This document shows, piece by piece, positions 11,695 to 28,229 of a stretch of 64,000 bases of DNA. The notes under the pieces are model-generated. The model did no database searches. It saw only the letters and a list, made by a program, of their open reading frames with translations, and had not been told where the DNA came from. Source of the stretch: the human T2T-CHM13v2.0 reference genome, Homo sapiens; NCBI RefSeq assembly GCF_009914755.1, contig NC_060940.1; one strand, 5' to 3'. The position numbers and the translations under genes are program-made. Numbering within the stretch: the stretch's first letter is position 1; each line of letters opens with the position of its first letter.

Positions 11695-13077
11695 GCATCC
11701 AAAGTACTTGGGACAGTCAGTGTCTCACAACAAACTGGAGTTATTCATAGTGATTGCATTGTTAAATCCAGACCTATGATAAATGTTCAGCTAATGAACG
11801 AGGCAAACTGAGGTGACCCAGTCCTCCATCCATGCCCAACATGACCAAATTCTATGATTTCTGTAACCTGTATATATTCAGGATTATGGGCGAACTTACA
11901 CCATCACCACTCTTATTCCTCAGGTGCTCACTGTATAGGAAGCACTGACTAAACTTCCTAGAGAAGAAATTATTTCTACAGGTCCACTTAACAAACTCCA
12001 AAAGACCTGGCAGTATTTAAAAGTTCATTATGAACAATTTACCCTTCTTAACTGGAAGTCAATACAAGTTGCCTCAATAAAGGGAAACTGGTCTCTTAAT
12101 CAAGTTGCTTCAATTAAATGCAAAAAAATATTTTTCCCTTTTTTGTCATTACAAGAATTTCTTAAAAATAAAACAAAGAAGAAAAGTTATGACAGAAGCT
12201 GAAAAGGCTAAATTTAAGGCTCGTTTATCATGCTTGTTCATCATCGTTGCAAACATGCAATTTAAAAGACGTAATTTTGGCTCCTAATCCAGTTTCAAGA
12301 ATCAGGATGGAAATGGTTCCAAAAAAAAAATAAAAGGAGCAATCAGTAGAAGGAGCCACTTGGGAGAAACAGTTGTTTTTGTTTTTAATTTTTTTAATAA
12401 AAATATAAAATATATCGTCAATTGCCCAAAAGCCAACGACCCTGCTAATACGTCTCTTACTGCATTGGGTGGTTACAACTTTTAAATCCACTACCTATCA
12501 GAATCTCAGGAATTATTTGGTAAGTACCTTGAGGAAAACCTGGAGCTAATTGCCCCCTGTTTCTACACACATACATTCATGGGGATATTTAGCGAAAATT
12601 TTTGTGGATGATACTAAGAGGTACCTGAAATGACCAAAAATCAGAAACGAATCACACATTTTTCAGCCACATGATACTGAAAAGTTACGTAACTTCTCTG
12701 AGGTTCAGTTTTCTCATCTGTACAATGGACATAATACTCTGGCCTTGTGTGGATGCCATCATGAGACACATTCAATAAAACAAATGTCATGCTTCATTCA
12801 GTGCCTTGCTAATGGATGATTCTTAATCACTGATCAATTATTCTTAAGTGAAGTAGCCAGTAAGTTGCTATCACTTCTATACATTTTTCCCCTCTTTCCT
12901 GATCTCACACGTTCTAGACAAAAATACTTTTGCACATTTGTTACTGATGTAAACTGCAATTTTTTTCTACTCTGAGCCAACTGTTTGAATCCTCTGTTTG
13001 TTTTGGCCATGATGCCATCTAACCTTCAAGACACCCGACACGCTGCAGACATGTGACTTTACTTTATTTCTTTAAAA

Positions 13078-13607
13078 CAAGAGTGTCCCCCACCCACCTG
13101 TCTGAGTACCAGTCCGTGGCCTGTTAGAAACCGGGCTGCACTGCAAGAAGTGAGTGGCAGGTGAGCAAGCAAAGCTTCATCTGTATTTATAGCCACTCCC
13201 CATTCCCCACATTACTGCCTGAGCACTGCCTGCTGTCAGATCAGTAGCAGCATCAGATTCTCATAGGAGTGTGAACCCTATTGTAAATTGCACATGCAAG
13301 AGATCTAGGTTGCACCCTCCTTATGAGAATCTAATGCCTGATGATCTGTCACTGTCTCCCATCACCCCGAGACAGGACCATGTAGTCGCAGGAAAACAAG
13401 CTGAGGGCTCCCATGGATTCTACATTATGGTGCGTTGTATACTTATCTCATTGTATATTACAATTAACTAATAATAGAAATAAAGTGCATGATAAATGTA
13501 ATGCACTTGAATCATCCCAAAACCGCCACCATGAACACCCTCAGTCCATGGAAAAATTGTCTTCCATGAAACGGGTCTGTGGTGCCGAAAAAGGCTGGGG
13601 ACTGCTG
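13078..13607 (+). mobile_element. MER1A (hAT-Charlie DNA transposon)
   Basis: cagattctcataggagtgtgaaccctattg core; terminal ggctggggactgctg; degenerate 8-bp TSD ctttaaaa/ctctaaat. Confidence 0.88.
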
Positions 13608-14411
13608 CTCTAAATAATTCCTGAAAATGAGAGCAACAAGCTCGTGGTAAATTAATTACCTTGTCTCTAAACCGTCTCACATTGACTGGGAGTGACATGG
13701 AATCTGTTGACTTGGGTGATTATATCGATCCTGCTTACATGAAATATGTTTTACAACAATCCCAGTGGAGAATGAATCTGCACATTTGCTGTGACCATAA
13801 AGAAATGATGAGTTAAAGATGTGGACACTTAATATGCCCTGATTTAACAAGTGTGATAACTTCAAAAAACCTGTGAAGTACCATGCTCCATGGCAAAAGC
13901 CTCCCCAGGTACTGTTAAGGAAAGTTAGTATCCATTTAACTGTCACCTAAAGTGGAGAAAATATATAGCTTGAAAATTATTGTACGGATCCAAGAATTGG
14001 GCCTAGAATTCAATAATAGGCTGTTACATCTTGACACATGCCTAAATTGTTATGTTTATGTGGCTCTTAGCTCCAGGATACTATTCATATATAGATAAAA
14101 AGACATCCTTCAATTCATTAATTTAAATAGATAACAGATTACTTTAAGGATCAGAATCTAAGAAAACTATATTCTGGAGATTAATTTTAATTGAAATTCT
14201 TGGGGGAAAAACTGATCCCATAGAAAGTATAGATAACTAAAAATGGCTTCTTTTTGGCTTTTGAAAATTCTAAATTTTATTTTATACAGGAGCATGGTCC
14301 AATAGAAATGTAATGAAAGCCACGTATGTCATTTAAAGTTTTCTTATAGTCATGTTAAAAAACGAAACCAGTGAAATTAACTTTAATAATTTATATAATA
14401 ACTGTATATAT

Positions 14412-14413
<2 letters not shown>

Positions 14414-14451
<38 letters not shown>
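14414..14451. repeat. (GT)19 microsatellite
   Basis: Direct read. Confidence 0.95.
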
Positions 14452-14455
<4 letters not shown>

Positions 14456-14499
14456 ATAACAGATATATCTAACATATTATCATTTCAACAAGTAATCAA

Positions 14500-14768
14500 G
14501 GCCAGGCACAATGGCTCACACCTGTAATCCCAGCACTTTAAGAGGCCAAGGCAGGCGGATCACTTGAGGCCCGGAGTTTGAGACCAGCCTGGCCAGGATG
14601 GTGAAACCACATCTCTACTAAAAATACAAAAATTAGCTGGGCATGGTGGTGCATGCCTGTAATCCCAGCTACTCAGGAGGCTGAGGCAGGGGAACTGCTA
14701 GGTCATGCCATTGCACTCTAGTCTGGGCAACGGAGCAAGTGTGACTCTATCTCAAAAAAAAAAAAAAA
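14500..14768 (+). mobile_element. AluS with right-arm deletion
   Basis: Alu start, gap after ggaactgct, A-tail; short TSD aatcaa. Confidence 0.93.
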
Positions 14769-16279
14769 TCAATATGAACATTATTCATAAGATACCTTTT
14801 TACATTCTTCTTTTCATATTAAGTCATTGAAATGTAGTATATATTTTATGCTTAAGGCACATCTCAATTTAGAGTATTTAATTTTTAAGTACTTAATAAG
14901 CACAAGCAGTGAATAGCTAAGGATTAGATAGGATGCTCTACAGTTCTACAGGAATATTGCATTTTTTGAAAGGATGGAAAGGATCATTCACTGAGTTCCT
15001 ACCACATGTTAGAACATTGCCTTTGGCCTTAGAGCCCCTCACACATCCATCTGTTTTTCTCCTATAGCTAGCCTGTTCCTATATTCCAGATGCAGAAGTA
15101 GCTCAGGCTCAGAAAAGTTAAGTAACTTAACCAGTGCCATCATCCATCAGTAAGTGGCAGGACTGGAAGTTGAGCTGGGCCTTCTGATTTTGTGGAGTCA
15201 TTGCTATTTTGCTAATACTGACATTTATGGCAGAACTATTGTGCTTTTCTATTTTTCAGTAAATTTCCTGAAATAGCATAGGAAATTAAAAAGTTGTTAG
15301 TAATAAAAAATAAATCCAGAGCTGAGCAAAACTCCTAAAGAAATTTTAGGAAGGTGGGCAAGCCCTGTATTGTCATGACACATTTTAAAAACTTTTCCTG
15401 TGAATAGAACCTTTACAAAAAGAACCTTGTGGAAACAGCACGAGGTGTCTAAATGTAAATTTCTCCCAGGCCAGGGACCTGATCTCATTCATCTTCATAG
15501 TCCCATAGGCTAGAGAAAACGTCTTGCGTTTATATTTTTAAAACTATAATTTACAACTTTGTTTATATATGCATTACCCGATTTAAGCTCACAACAATGC
15601 CTGGATGCAGATGGTGTGTTTTTCGTTTTCTGAGTGAGGACAGTGAGACTCAGAGGTGGGTCTTAGGTCGCGGTCGTGGAGTTGGTTGAGTGGCAGCCAG
15701 TGCGGCCATCCACAGGCTTTCCCAAGTGCATCGCTGCAGCCATAGTTAGCTCCCCAGCAGCTGCTCGGGGCTTTCACATAGATGGAATATAGTGTTGTCA
15801 GAGGTAAATTTCCAGCTAGTATATAGGATAGAACAAGATAATGTAATAAAATGTACATTTTCTAGGCTCTCTGATATGCTTCTACCCTCCTATCTCTTGT
15901 TATTACCATAAATCAAATACTAGTCAATTCTAAATGTAAATATAGGGATGATAACCTCTTTTTACAATTCCTCTCTTATCTGCAACTCCCAGAGAGATTC
16001 ACATGGAGATACTTGGTCACTGCCGGCTTTGCGGTCGGCATGACTCCTATTAGAGATTAAATGACATAGAGTAATCTCAAAGTAGTTAGCAATAAAAATT
16101 AATACAAAACTATGCAAAACTCCCAGAGAAATTTTAGGCAAGTAGACAAGTCCTGTGTCATCATGACCCATTAATAAAACTTTCCTCGTGAACAGAACCT
16201 TTGGAAGTAGAATCTCATGGAAATAGCATGAGATTTCCAAATGTAAATGTCTGCCAAGTCTCTCTGTAAGAGATGGGTT

Positions 16280-16582
<303 letters not shown>

Positions 16583-19500
16583 GATGGGTCTGCATTTCTC
16601 AAGGGAAAAAAACATCTCCAATGATGAGAAAATACAGTGTTTGATAAAGACCATGGATTTTCTCTATTTGATTCTCTGTTCTCAACACCCAAAACTTAGG
16701 CAGTAAAGAAACAGGGGAAGAGGTACCATTTATTCAGTCTTTTTCCACCCAGCACATGGGATGATCAAATTACATGGTCTCATCCAAAGTTTTCAGGCAG
16801 AAGCCTGAATGTTTGTAGAAAAATTAGCCTATTTGGCCCTAGCCAAATACATCCTCCAGTCTACCCATGTTGGGCAGATGCCTGTGGACTTTTGGACCCT
16901 TTGGCCTGGGAGTGATGTGTGATAGTTGCCAGGGTGGCATCTGCTGTTGGGCCAGACTGTTGGTGCTGTTTGATTCTCAGCCCAATTGCTTGTTTAAGCA
17001 AAGCCAAGTCTAGTCTCAAGGCCTAATCTCATCATAGTTGATGTTGTCTTTTTTTGATGGCTTCTAATAAATAAATAGAAACCTCTTTTCCTCTGGTCCA
17101 TACCCCTTAGAAGTGCCACATTTAAAAAATAAGAGGAAAGCCTTCATCTCACTGGGGCCCATAGCAGTGGCAGATATTGTTATTTGCTGAATTGCTTCTA
17201 TCTTTCTTAATTAGGTAGGAAGTAGCAACCATCAAAAAACAAATATTGTATGTAGGCGGCCATCAAAACATAAGACAACTGTTTTTCTTCCAGCAGAAAA
17301 CCAATTTGGCAAACACTTATTTTTCTTTCTCTATCACACAAAGAAAGTCAATTCTCTAAGAAAAAGGATAGAAAAAGAAAAGAAAAGAAAACTTTTAAAT
17401 AATATCCCATATATGTTTTGAGAATTTTATACATCAATACATTAAAACATAGGCAGGAAAATTTCAAATGCAAACAAAAATCACATCTTATAGCTCTTAG
17501 CAATTCCTTGTCTTCAAAGACTGGAGGAAATAGCCCACTGGGAAGGCCTTTAACAGAGCAGGTGCTTCCCTAGGGGAAGGAGTAACTACAGATATTTGAG
17601 GGCTACTCAGAGGCAAAAGGGCTCAAAAAACTTCAGACTGTCTTCCAAGCAACAGCCCCAGAATGCCTCCTAGATAGTGAGGCTGCCTTCAGTTGGCCTG
17701 AGATTGTTGCTCTGACCCTGGTGCCACCCTTCCTCTCCAACCTTGTTACAAACAATTCAGAAGGGAGGATTGTGAAATCCTTCCTGCTGCTCTTTCTGTC
17801 TTCTGCCAATCAGAGAAGACTGGACATGAGATCCAAGAGAGGGCTTTCCCTTTCCCCGATGGCTACACTGTGTCTCCTGCCTCCCAGCTGTTTATGGAAA
17901 TCAGATGGTTTCCTCAACTGTCTATCTTTCTGCAGCAAATCCTTTGACAGAGAATGTGCACTGTCAACCAACCCCTTCATCGAGTCAGGCAAATTAGGAT
18001 TCCTTTGACAGCAACTTTTTACAACTTCCTTCCTTTGAAGATATAAAGCTTTAAACAGTAGTAGTTCTCCGTGAGACCCAAGGAAAGGTCTGCAGACTAT
18101 AAGCAGACTTTATCTGAAGACCACCTCCTGCCCCTCACTCTTACTCCAGAGGCCTGTGTATTTATTTATTTATTTATTTTTTTGGTAAAGGCCTCTGCTG
18201 TGAATTTAAGTCATCTAATCAAAATGCATTATTTCTGTCCTTGCATTGTCCATTCTCGTAAACCGTGGTTAACACAGATAATTGAGACTTGAGTGCTTTT
18301 TTATTCCAAGTCCCTTATTCGATTTGGCCCTTGTTAACAAAGCCTAGTCTGTAAGAGCGTGACCACCAGTCTTATTTACCTTGTTATCTGTAATTTCCTC
18401 TTTCCCTCAGGCCTTTGCGTAATATTTTCTCTGCATGGAAGGGGAGGATAAGAAAGAAGACCTAAAAACTGAATTTTTAAAATACAAACAGAAAAAAAGC
18501 TCCCTGTATTTTCCCAAATTCTGCATAAATAAAATAATATGCTCCATAATGGCAGAGATTTGACTGACTTGTTCGTTGCTATAAATCTAGCACTTACAAT
18601 ATCTGGCTGTGAATAAATAATTTCTTAATGACTTAGCAAATGCTGGAGACAGAATGAATATTGATATTAATAATGCAGATCGTAGTCAATTTATTTAGCT
18701 CAAACGTTGTGCGGGGCACCACTTTAAGTGCATTTCTTACATTAAGTCATATAATCTTTATAATAACTCTATAATATAGGTCCTATTTTATCTTCATTTT
18801 ACAGGTGAATAAAGGAAGACGGGGAGACTATGTGTGACCAGCACAGGGTCATACATCTAGAATATTTTGGAGACATATTTTTGCACTCAGACTCCTCAAA
18901 AAAACATTTAACAAAATATGTTATCTTTTTTGTCACAATAGAAAAATATGAACTGAATATTATTACAGTAAAGTAGATTCAGGTTGGTTGAATAGCTGTA
19001 TCCAAAAGGGTTAAAATATAATCTGTGTCGTCCTGGAGAATGATTTCCGCATGCAGAAATCTAATTGAATTTAATTGCTTTCATCTCAGTGATGGAGACC
19101 AAGATATGAACACAAGTTGGTTACTTTGAAACTTTCATAACTCAGGTATTCCCATTGTACAATAGCCTTGAGTTTTGAAAAGAACTCAAGCATGTATAAG
19201 GATTGACTGAAATTAATAAATTGATACTCAGCAGGTATAAATATGAAGCCCAATAGATGGGCAAAAGAATTTCTGAAACACAGGATGGGGGTGATACGAA
19301 AATGACTTGGTTGATGAGGTATTCACGCTCCTGGACCTGTGCCAACTCCCTCTCTGCAGGTTCCTGCCCTTATTGCTACCCTGTAATTATTCATCTTTAA
19401 TTTATTGCTCTTCACCTTGAGCACCACTCTAAGGCTTTTCCATTTACCTAAAGCAGTAAGTTGTACTCTAGTGCCTACAGTTTTCTGTAGCTGGCCTTGC

Positions 19501-20001
19501 GGGTTCCTCTGCTGAGAAAAGTTCATACCATCCATTTCAGTTCCCTTTTCCATCTCTGAGTACCCCTAACTCCTTTCCTCCCTCTCAGAGAAAGACCGAT
19601 TCTTCCTCCTTTTCATGACATATCCCTTCACTTGTACCCTTGAACTCACTCTTTTCTGCCTCTTTCTTCATTTCGCATTTCCCCTCACACTCTTACATCT
19701 TAAATTTTCCCTCCTCTGTGAATCCTCCCCCAGCCTCCAAACGTGGTCAAATCTTCCCAGGCGAAACCAAATTATTTCTCCTTCAAATCGCTGCCTTCCT
19801 TCCCCAGTCTTCTTGAAAGCCATCTTCACTCAACATCTCTATTTCCTTGCAAGTTCATACCTTAATACTCCGAAATGGAGCTCCTGTCCTCAACATTTTG
19901 GTGAAAATTCTCTCTTTTGAAGGTCGTGGAAACTGAACAGCTGATTTCCCTCAACTGTTTCTTAGTCCTGAGGCTGCTTGAAGTCTCTGAAGCAATTAAT
20001 T

Positions 20002-21340
<1,339 letters not shown>

Positions 21341-23333
21341 GGCAGTCCTTGAAATGCTCTTCCGTTTGCTGTTTAAGACACCATACTGTCCTTGTTCTCC
21401 CACTCTTTCTGTATAGAAACCCATATGTTTTCTTCCTCTAGTTCTTCTTATTATTCCTCCTGCCATTGGAAGTGCCTGTCCATTTCCTGTCTTGATTTTC
21501 CTTTGCTGTTTTCTACCATCCTCAACAATTTTATCCAACCTAGCAGCTTTAAAGATCTCTTCTTCAGCATGTCTCCAAATTTATAGCTTCATTTCTGACC
21601 TCAGGTCCGTCGTGTCTACAGCGCATCTCCACCCGTACATTTCACTTGCCTCTCGGGGTTAACTGTGTGTTTCTGAACGCTCATACTGGGGTTAACTGTG
21701 TGTGTCTGAACACCTGTACCTCATTACCTCATTACTTCCTTACCTCATCTTCCTAAGTGCACGGTTTCTTGCAGTGCCATCCTCGTCTTCCCATGCACCT
21801 GAACCCACCACCTTGTATTTGTCTTTAGTTCCTCACCACCTGGGAGGTCAGTGGTACTTCTTATCCTTTCTCTCTCTCCCATGTGGTTTCTACCTGCAAA
21901 CTCTTCATTACAGTGGTCACAACTGGTTTGAACATCATTTCCTCTTATCCAGCCAAGACAGGGCCACTTTCTTTTAAGTTTATCTTTCTCCCTTTTCCTG
22001 TGATCCAATCTGCGTGCCTGTTACTATCTAATTGACTTCCCGAAGAATAACTGTGATCATATCATGCCCTCTTCAAAGGCTGTCAGTCTTCCCATGCTTA
22101 CTGAGCCACAACCAAATGAGTCCCAACCTGCTTTGTCACTTTCAGCCCTCACAATTCCCTGTCATTCATGTGATTCTCCTACCAAAGTAAGCTGCTTATC
22201 TTCTATGTTCACTGAAAATGGTATGTTTCCTTCCACATCTATCTCTAAGGGATGGCATAAGTGGGTTGCAATAGGTTTACAGGAATGAGGATCAGATTAA
22301 GAGCTGTGGCATCAGTAAAACCAATAACTCTTGATTTATTATGTAACAATGTATATTTTTAGCCAAACAAATGCTAGATACCAATAGGTAAACCTGGTAC
22401 TAGGAATTTCTTTTCATTTTTGCTTTCTTTGAGATCTGTAATTAATCATGGTGAAAATAATGCTACAGAAACATCATATACTTACAAGATTTGCAAATTC
22501 CATAATTTACAATGATTGCATGTGGGTGGCTCTGTTATCTGGATTTCATTAAGACACTCCGGATTCTTCACAAACATGCCAAGTTCCCACTTAGAGCAAG
22601 ATCTCTTAAGTAAACCTCTGCTTATGGACCACAGCAGCCAGATCTGAACCTCCTGCTACCATCCCTGTAACTCTAGTTATGACTTGTATTATCCATCACA
22701 TTATTTGTTGTCTTATGAAGGATGAAGTGTTCAAATCCCTGTAGGAAACAGACCGAAAACTTTGAGTCTGTTACCCCTAAGAGACACAGCCCTCTTTTCT
22801 GAGGCGTCTTTCTTTCCTTGATTTATTTGGACTATGGTTTCTTTGGCCAACCATTTAATTTTTTTTTTGTTGTTAACTTTGTCCTTGTTAACATTAATTC
22901 TCTCATGTCATGTGGAAATGAGAATAATTCAGATATTGTAAGAGAAGGAAAATGGTTAGATAAATTAGAAGCATGAATAATTGATAGAGAAATAATTCAA
23001 GCAGCTAACTATATCATGCATTCTCTGCTTACTTCATGAATGATCCGTATGCCATGTCCATACGACTTAATATTTATTTTTAGAAACCTTTACCAAAATG
23101 AGCAAGAAGTAGTAAATGCCTCATTATCCTTTCAGAGCACCTAATGATACATTATTTTCTGTTATAAAACTTCAAGGTTTTTGAATGCATTGTTATAAAT
23201 CCAGACTGTCAACATTTCTTTGGCAAGAAGCAGCACACCATCCTATAGAAATAAGATGTAAGATTAACAATTCAGGTTCATATATTTTCATCTGTCCCTG
23301 AATTCCACCATACATGGCAGAAAACCACAATCA

Positions 23334-23729
<396 letters not shown>

Positions 23730-24730
23730 AGAAATTAAACCTTAAATAGCAAAATAGAAAAGACAGATCATCAGCAATGATTAATAAAAAAGCTATTTTA
23801 TAAAGCGGTGATTGGGAAAGTAAAATAGGTTGTATAGATTGGGCCAAAGCCTAAAGATATTCTGGTGATTCTTTCCACGATAGAAGACCGTGAAAGAGGC
23901 AATGCAGTGAGACCATAAGCCTTGTGGTTTGGGACACATTCTTTTCGAAGGCCTAACTTTTTCTGTTGGTGAAATGGGAATAAAAATAGTACGAATTTCC
24001 AGGAGTTAAATTAGAGTTGAATGAGATAATTCACGTGAGGCTCTTAGAAAGATGCCTGGAACATAGTAAGAATTAAATAATATCATCTAATAAAGTGAGA
24101 ATGACCACAGAATATGTCTTTATATGGTATTCATTGTTAAAATGCCTAGGGATGGAGAGTTCTGGCTTTAGCTGTAACTTAATATAGGAGTTAAAAAGGT
24201 ATCATAACCTTAATATTAGGTCTCGGGAGGTGTCACTAGGACTCTGTTATCCTTTCTTCCCTTCTTTCTTTTTTGGCTTTCTGTATGTCTTCATTTTCAG
24301 ACAGCCTCTCTCCTGGGGTATCAGAAGACACACTCACATTAGGATAATGCAGATAAGATCAATTCACAGTAAGAAGATTTATCAAGGTAAAGTGAAGTAT
24401 AGGAGAAGCACATGAGAACCCAGGAGCATAAATTGATAAACACACCAATTGAAAACAGATTGGCTGAATTTTAAAGCAATAGATATATGTTTCTTAAATT
24501 AGATAGACCTTGAATGGAAGGGTACAGAAAAATACAAAATGAAAAAAAGTAAGAAAATATATCCTGTAAATATTAACCAAGAGAAAGTTGATAGAGCTAT
24601 GCTATTATCAGAGGAAATAGACTTTAAGGAGAGAAGTATCGCTACAGATAAAGAACGCTATATCATATTTATAGAACTATACAGCAGGCAGATATAATAA
24701 TTCCAAATTAGGATGCATCCAGTAACATAT

Positions 24731-25604
24731 ACAGCAGCCCCCCTTATCTATGGGAAACACATTTCGAGACCCCGACCGGGTACCTGAAACCTCTGATAGT
24801 AGCAAAGTCTGTGTATGTATATAGTCACGTGTGACATAACAACGTTTTGGTCAATGACGGACCACATATGTGATGGTGATCTCATAAAATTATAATACCA
24901 TGTTTTTACTGTACTTTTTGTGTTTAGATATGTTTAAATACACAAATACCATTGTGTTACAACTGCATACAGTATTCAGCACAGTAACATACTGTACGGG
25001 TTTATAGCCTAGGAACAATAGGCTATACCGTATTTCCTAGGTGTGTAGTAAGCTATACCATCTAGGTTTATATAAGTGCACTGTGTAATGTTTGCACAAT
25101 GCCAGAATCAACTAACAATGCATTTCTCAGAACATATCCTTGTTAAGTAACGCATGACTATAGTATGCTTTTCCTATACATATGCAAATATGACAAAGTT
25201 TAATTTATAAATTGGACACAATCAGAGATTAAAAACAATAACGAATAGTAAAATAGAACAATTACAGTAATATGCCAGCATCACTAATCTTGAACTTTGG
25301 GGCCATTAAGTAAAATAAAGCTTACTTGCATACAAGCACTGATATCTCAGCAGTTGACATAACTACACAGCTACTGAGTAACTAATGGGATAGTATGTAC
25401 AGTGTGGATACACCGGACAAAGCCATGATTCATGTCCAGAACAGGACAGCAGGATATTTAGTCACACTACTCAGAATGGCTCAGAATTTAAAACTTACAA
25501 ATTATTTCTTTCTGAAGTTTTCCATGTAATATTTTCAGACTGCAATTGACTATAGGTAACTAAAACTACAGAAAGCAAAACTACAGATAAGAGGGTGACT
25601 GGTG
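24731..25604. mobile_element. MER44 (Tigger7-derived) DNA transposon
   Basis: TIRs cagcagccccccttatct ... agataagagggtgactg. Confidence 0.72.
24822..25160. mobile_element. Tigger3a nested in MER44
   Basis: TIRs tagtcacgtgtgacataac / gttaagtaacgcatgacta; ggtcaatgacggaccacatat core. Confidence 0.8.
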
Positions 25605-27576
25605 TATAAAATAAAACTAATATATATAATAGAAGTAGTCAAAATAGAAAAACCCATCATCATAGCTGAAAACTTTAACACATTTCTACATAGCTGATAT
25701 AACAAGTAGTCTAAATATAAAAAAGAGTAATAAAAATTTCACTAAAATCTGTAATATAGATTTTACTAAACAAAATTTGGTTCTAACAAAATTTACAAAA
25801 ACTAAGGGTATGCATTCTGCAGTGTTCACGTGGAATACTTATCAATATATTGTAGGCTGGTCATAGAGTACATCCAAACAAGTTTCAAAAGATAGAAATC
25901 ATACAGATTGTATATTCTGACCATTTTAAATTTAAAACAGAAATTAATAACAAAAAAACTAAAGGATCCCCACATATTTAGAAACTATGCAATATATGTT
26001 GAAATATTCCATGGGTAAAATAAGAAATAATAGTAAGAAGTAGAAAATAGTTTGAATGGAATATAATGGAAATACAACATAACAAAACTTGAGAATCCAG
26101 ATAAAGTAGAGGAAAGATTTACAACCTTGAATGCATATATAAATCAGAGAACACCAAATTTAACTCTAATAAAATGGAGGGAAGGAAATAACAAAAATAC
26201 AATTTATAACATAGAAAGTAGACATGCAAGAGGATAAGTCAATAAAGTTTGTTCTTTGAAAGTTCTGTAACTTGATATCAATAGTCCCTAGTAAGGGTAA
26301 TTAAGAAAAAAAAAAGAAAAGACACTATGGCTAATTAAACAAATGGAGACAGCACTAGAGATCTTTCAAGAATAAGAAAAAAGAAGAAGGCATTGTTAAT
26401 ACATTTATAAAAATTAATTTGAAAATTAAAACTGGCAAATTCTGTAAAATAAATAAAAAATCAGTGTACCAAAGCATACCAAAAAAAAAGAAATATAAAA
26501 TCTGGTAAGTTCTACATTTATTAAATGAAAACTCTGTAGCCTAAGATAATTCCAAGTCCAGATGGCTTCATGGTAAATTCCACCAAACTTTTAAAGAAGA
26601 AAATACACTAATCTTATGCAAACTCTTCTGTAAAATAGAAAAAAAATGAAACGCTTTCCAGCTTCTTTCTGAAGGCCAACATAATCTTCTTTGCAATAAC
26701 TGACATAAACATTGAAAGAAGGAAAAATTATAAGCCAGTCTCTCTAATGAATGTATATGAGAAGGTAGATAAATTTGACTTCAATAAAAGTAAAAACCTG
26801 TGCTCATCAAAATACATCATTGAGAAAGTGAAAAGGCAGGCTATACAGTGGAAAAAAAATCTTTGTAATATATGGGTCTGTTACAGGACATTTATCTAGG
26901 ACATGTTAACAACTCCTACAACAATATAACAAAAGGGCAGAGAACCCAACTAACAATGGAGGAAATATTTAACAGGCTTTTAACAAAAGAGGATATCTAC
27001 ATGACCACTAAACATATTAAAAGGTTTTTAGCATCACTAGTCATCAAGGAAATGCAAAGGAAAACTACACGGAAATTATTCAGATACTATTATACACACA
27101 TGTGAAAATTAATTAGAATTTAAAAAGTAAGTATAATAACAATAGCAAGGACGTGTGGCAATCAGAATTCTCACACACTGTAAAGCTGAACATTCTTGAC
27201 CTAGAAATCCTACTTCCAGATCTATAACTAAAACAAATGTATACACATGTACACTAAAGGCTCTTACAAGAAAGTCCAGAATAACACTTTGTAATAGCTA
27301 AAAACTGGAAACAACTCAAAAGTCCATCAAGGGACAAATGGATAAATTTTGGCACATATATCATATGTATATACCAAATACATAGCAAAAAAAAAAGCAA
27401 CTGTTATTATGCTCAAAAATATGGATAAACTTAATAGGCATAACATTGCATGAAAGAAGCCAGATAGGGAAGGGAATATCCTATGGAAATGAAGTTCAAC
27501 AGCAGGCAGAACTAACTAATCTCTGTTGAGCTATAGATGGTGATGTGAACTAATCTATATTGAGCCAGGATGGTGG

Positions 27577-28229
27577 TGATATGGTTTGGCCGTGTCACCA
27601 TCCAAGTCTCATCTTGAAGTGCAGCTCCCATAATCCCCACATGTCACGGGAGGGATCCAGTGGCAGGTAATTGAATCACGGGGGTGGGTTTTTCCCATGC
27701 TGTTCTCGTGATAGTGAATAAGTCTCACGAGATTTGATGGTTTTATAGAAGAGAGTTCCCTACACACGCTCTCTTGCCTGCTGCCGTGTAGGATGTGCCT
27801 TTGCTCATCCTTCACCTTCTGCCATGATTGTGAGTCCTCCCCGGCTATGTGGAACTGTGAGTCCATTAAACCTTTTTTACTCTTTTTTGTTTGTTTGTTT
27901 GTTTTTTGAGATGGAGTCTCACTCTGTCGCCAGTCTGGAGTGCAGTGGTGCATTCTCAGCTCACTGCAACCTCTGACTCCCTGGTTCAAGTGATTCTCCT
28001 GCCTCAGCCTCCTAAGTAGCTGGGATTACAGGCACGTGCCACCACACCCAGCTAATTTTTATATTTTTAGGAGAAATGGGGTTTCACCATGTTGGCCAGG
28101 ATGGTCTTGATCTCCTGACCTCGTGATCCACCTGCCTGGGCCTCCCAAAGTACTGGCATTACAGGTGTAAGCCACTGCACCCCAGTCTCAGGTATGTCTT
28201 TATTAGCAACCTGAGAACAGACTAATACT
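27577..28229 (+). mobile_element. THE1B-like LTR interrupted by an Alu
   Basis: tgatatggtttggccgtgtc ... gagaacagactaatac. Confidence 0.9.
27883..28185 (-). mobile_element. AluS (Sc/Sg-like) inside THE1
   Basis: (tttg)n tail then reverse-complement Alu. Confidence 0.93.

Larger units (their letters stand above)
14288..14935. mobile_element. MER33-like element interrupted by (GT)n and an Alu
   Basis: gtccaatagaaatgtaatgaaagccac ... gcacatctcaatttag. Confidence 0.7.

Noticed and set aside
24435-27500. Active or intact L1 ORF2
   Set aside because: Heavily diverged, full of stops, with large deletions and nested insertions.
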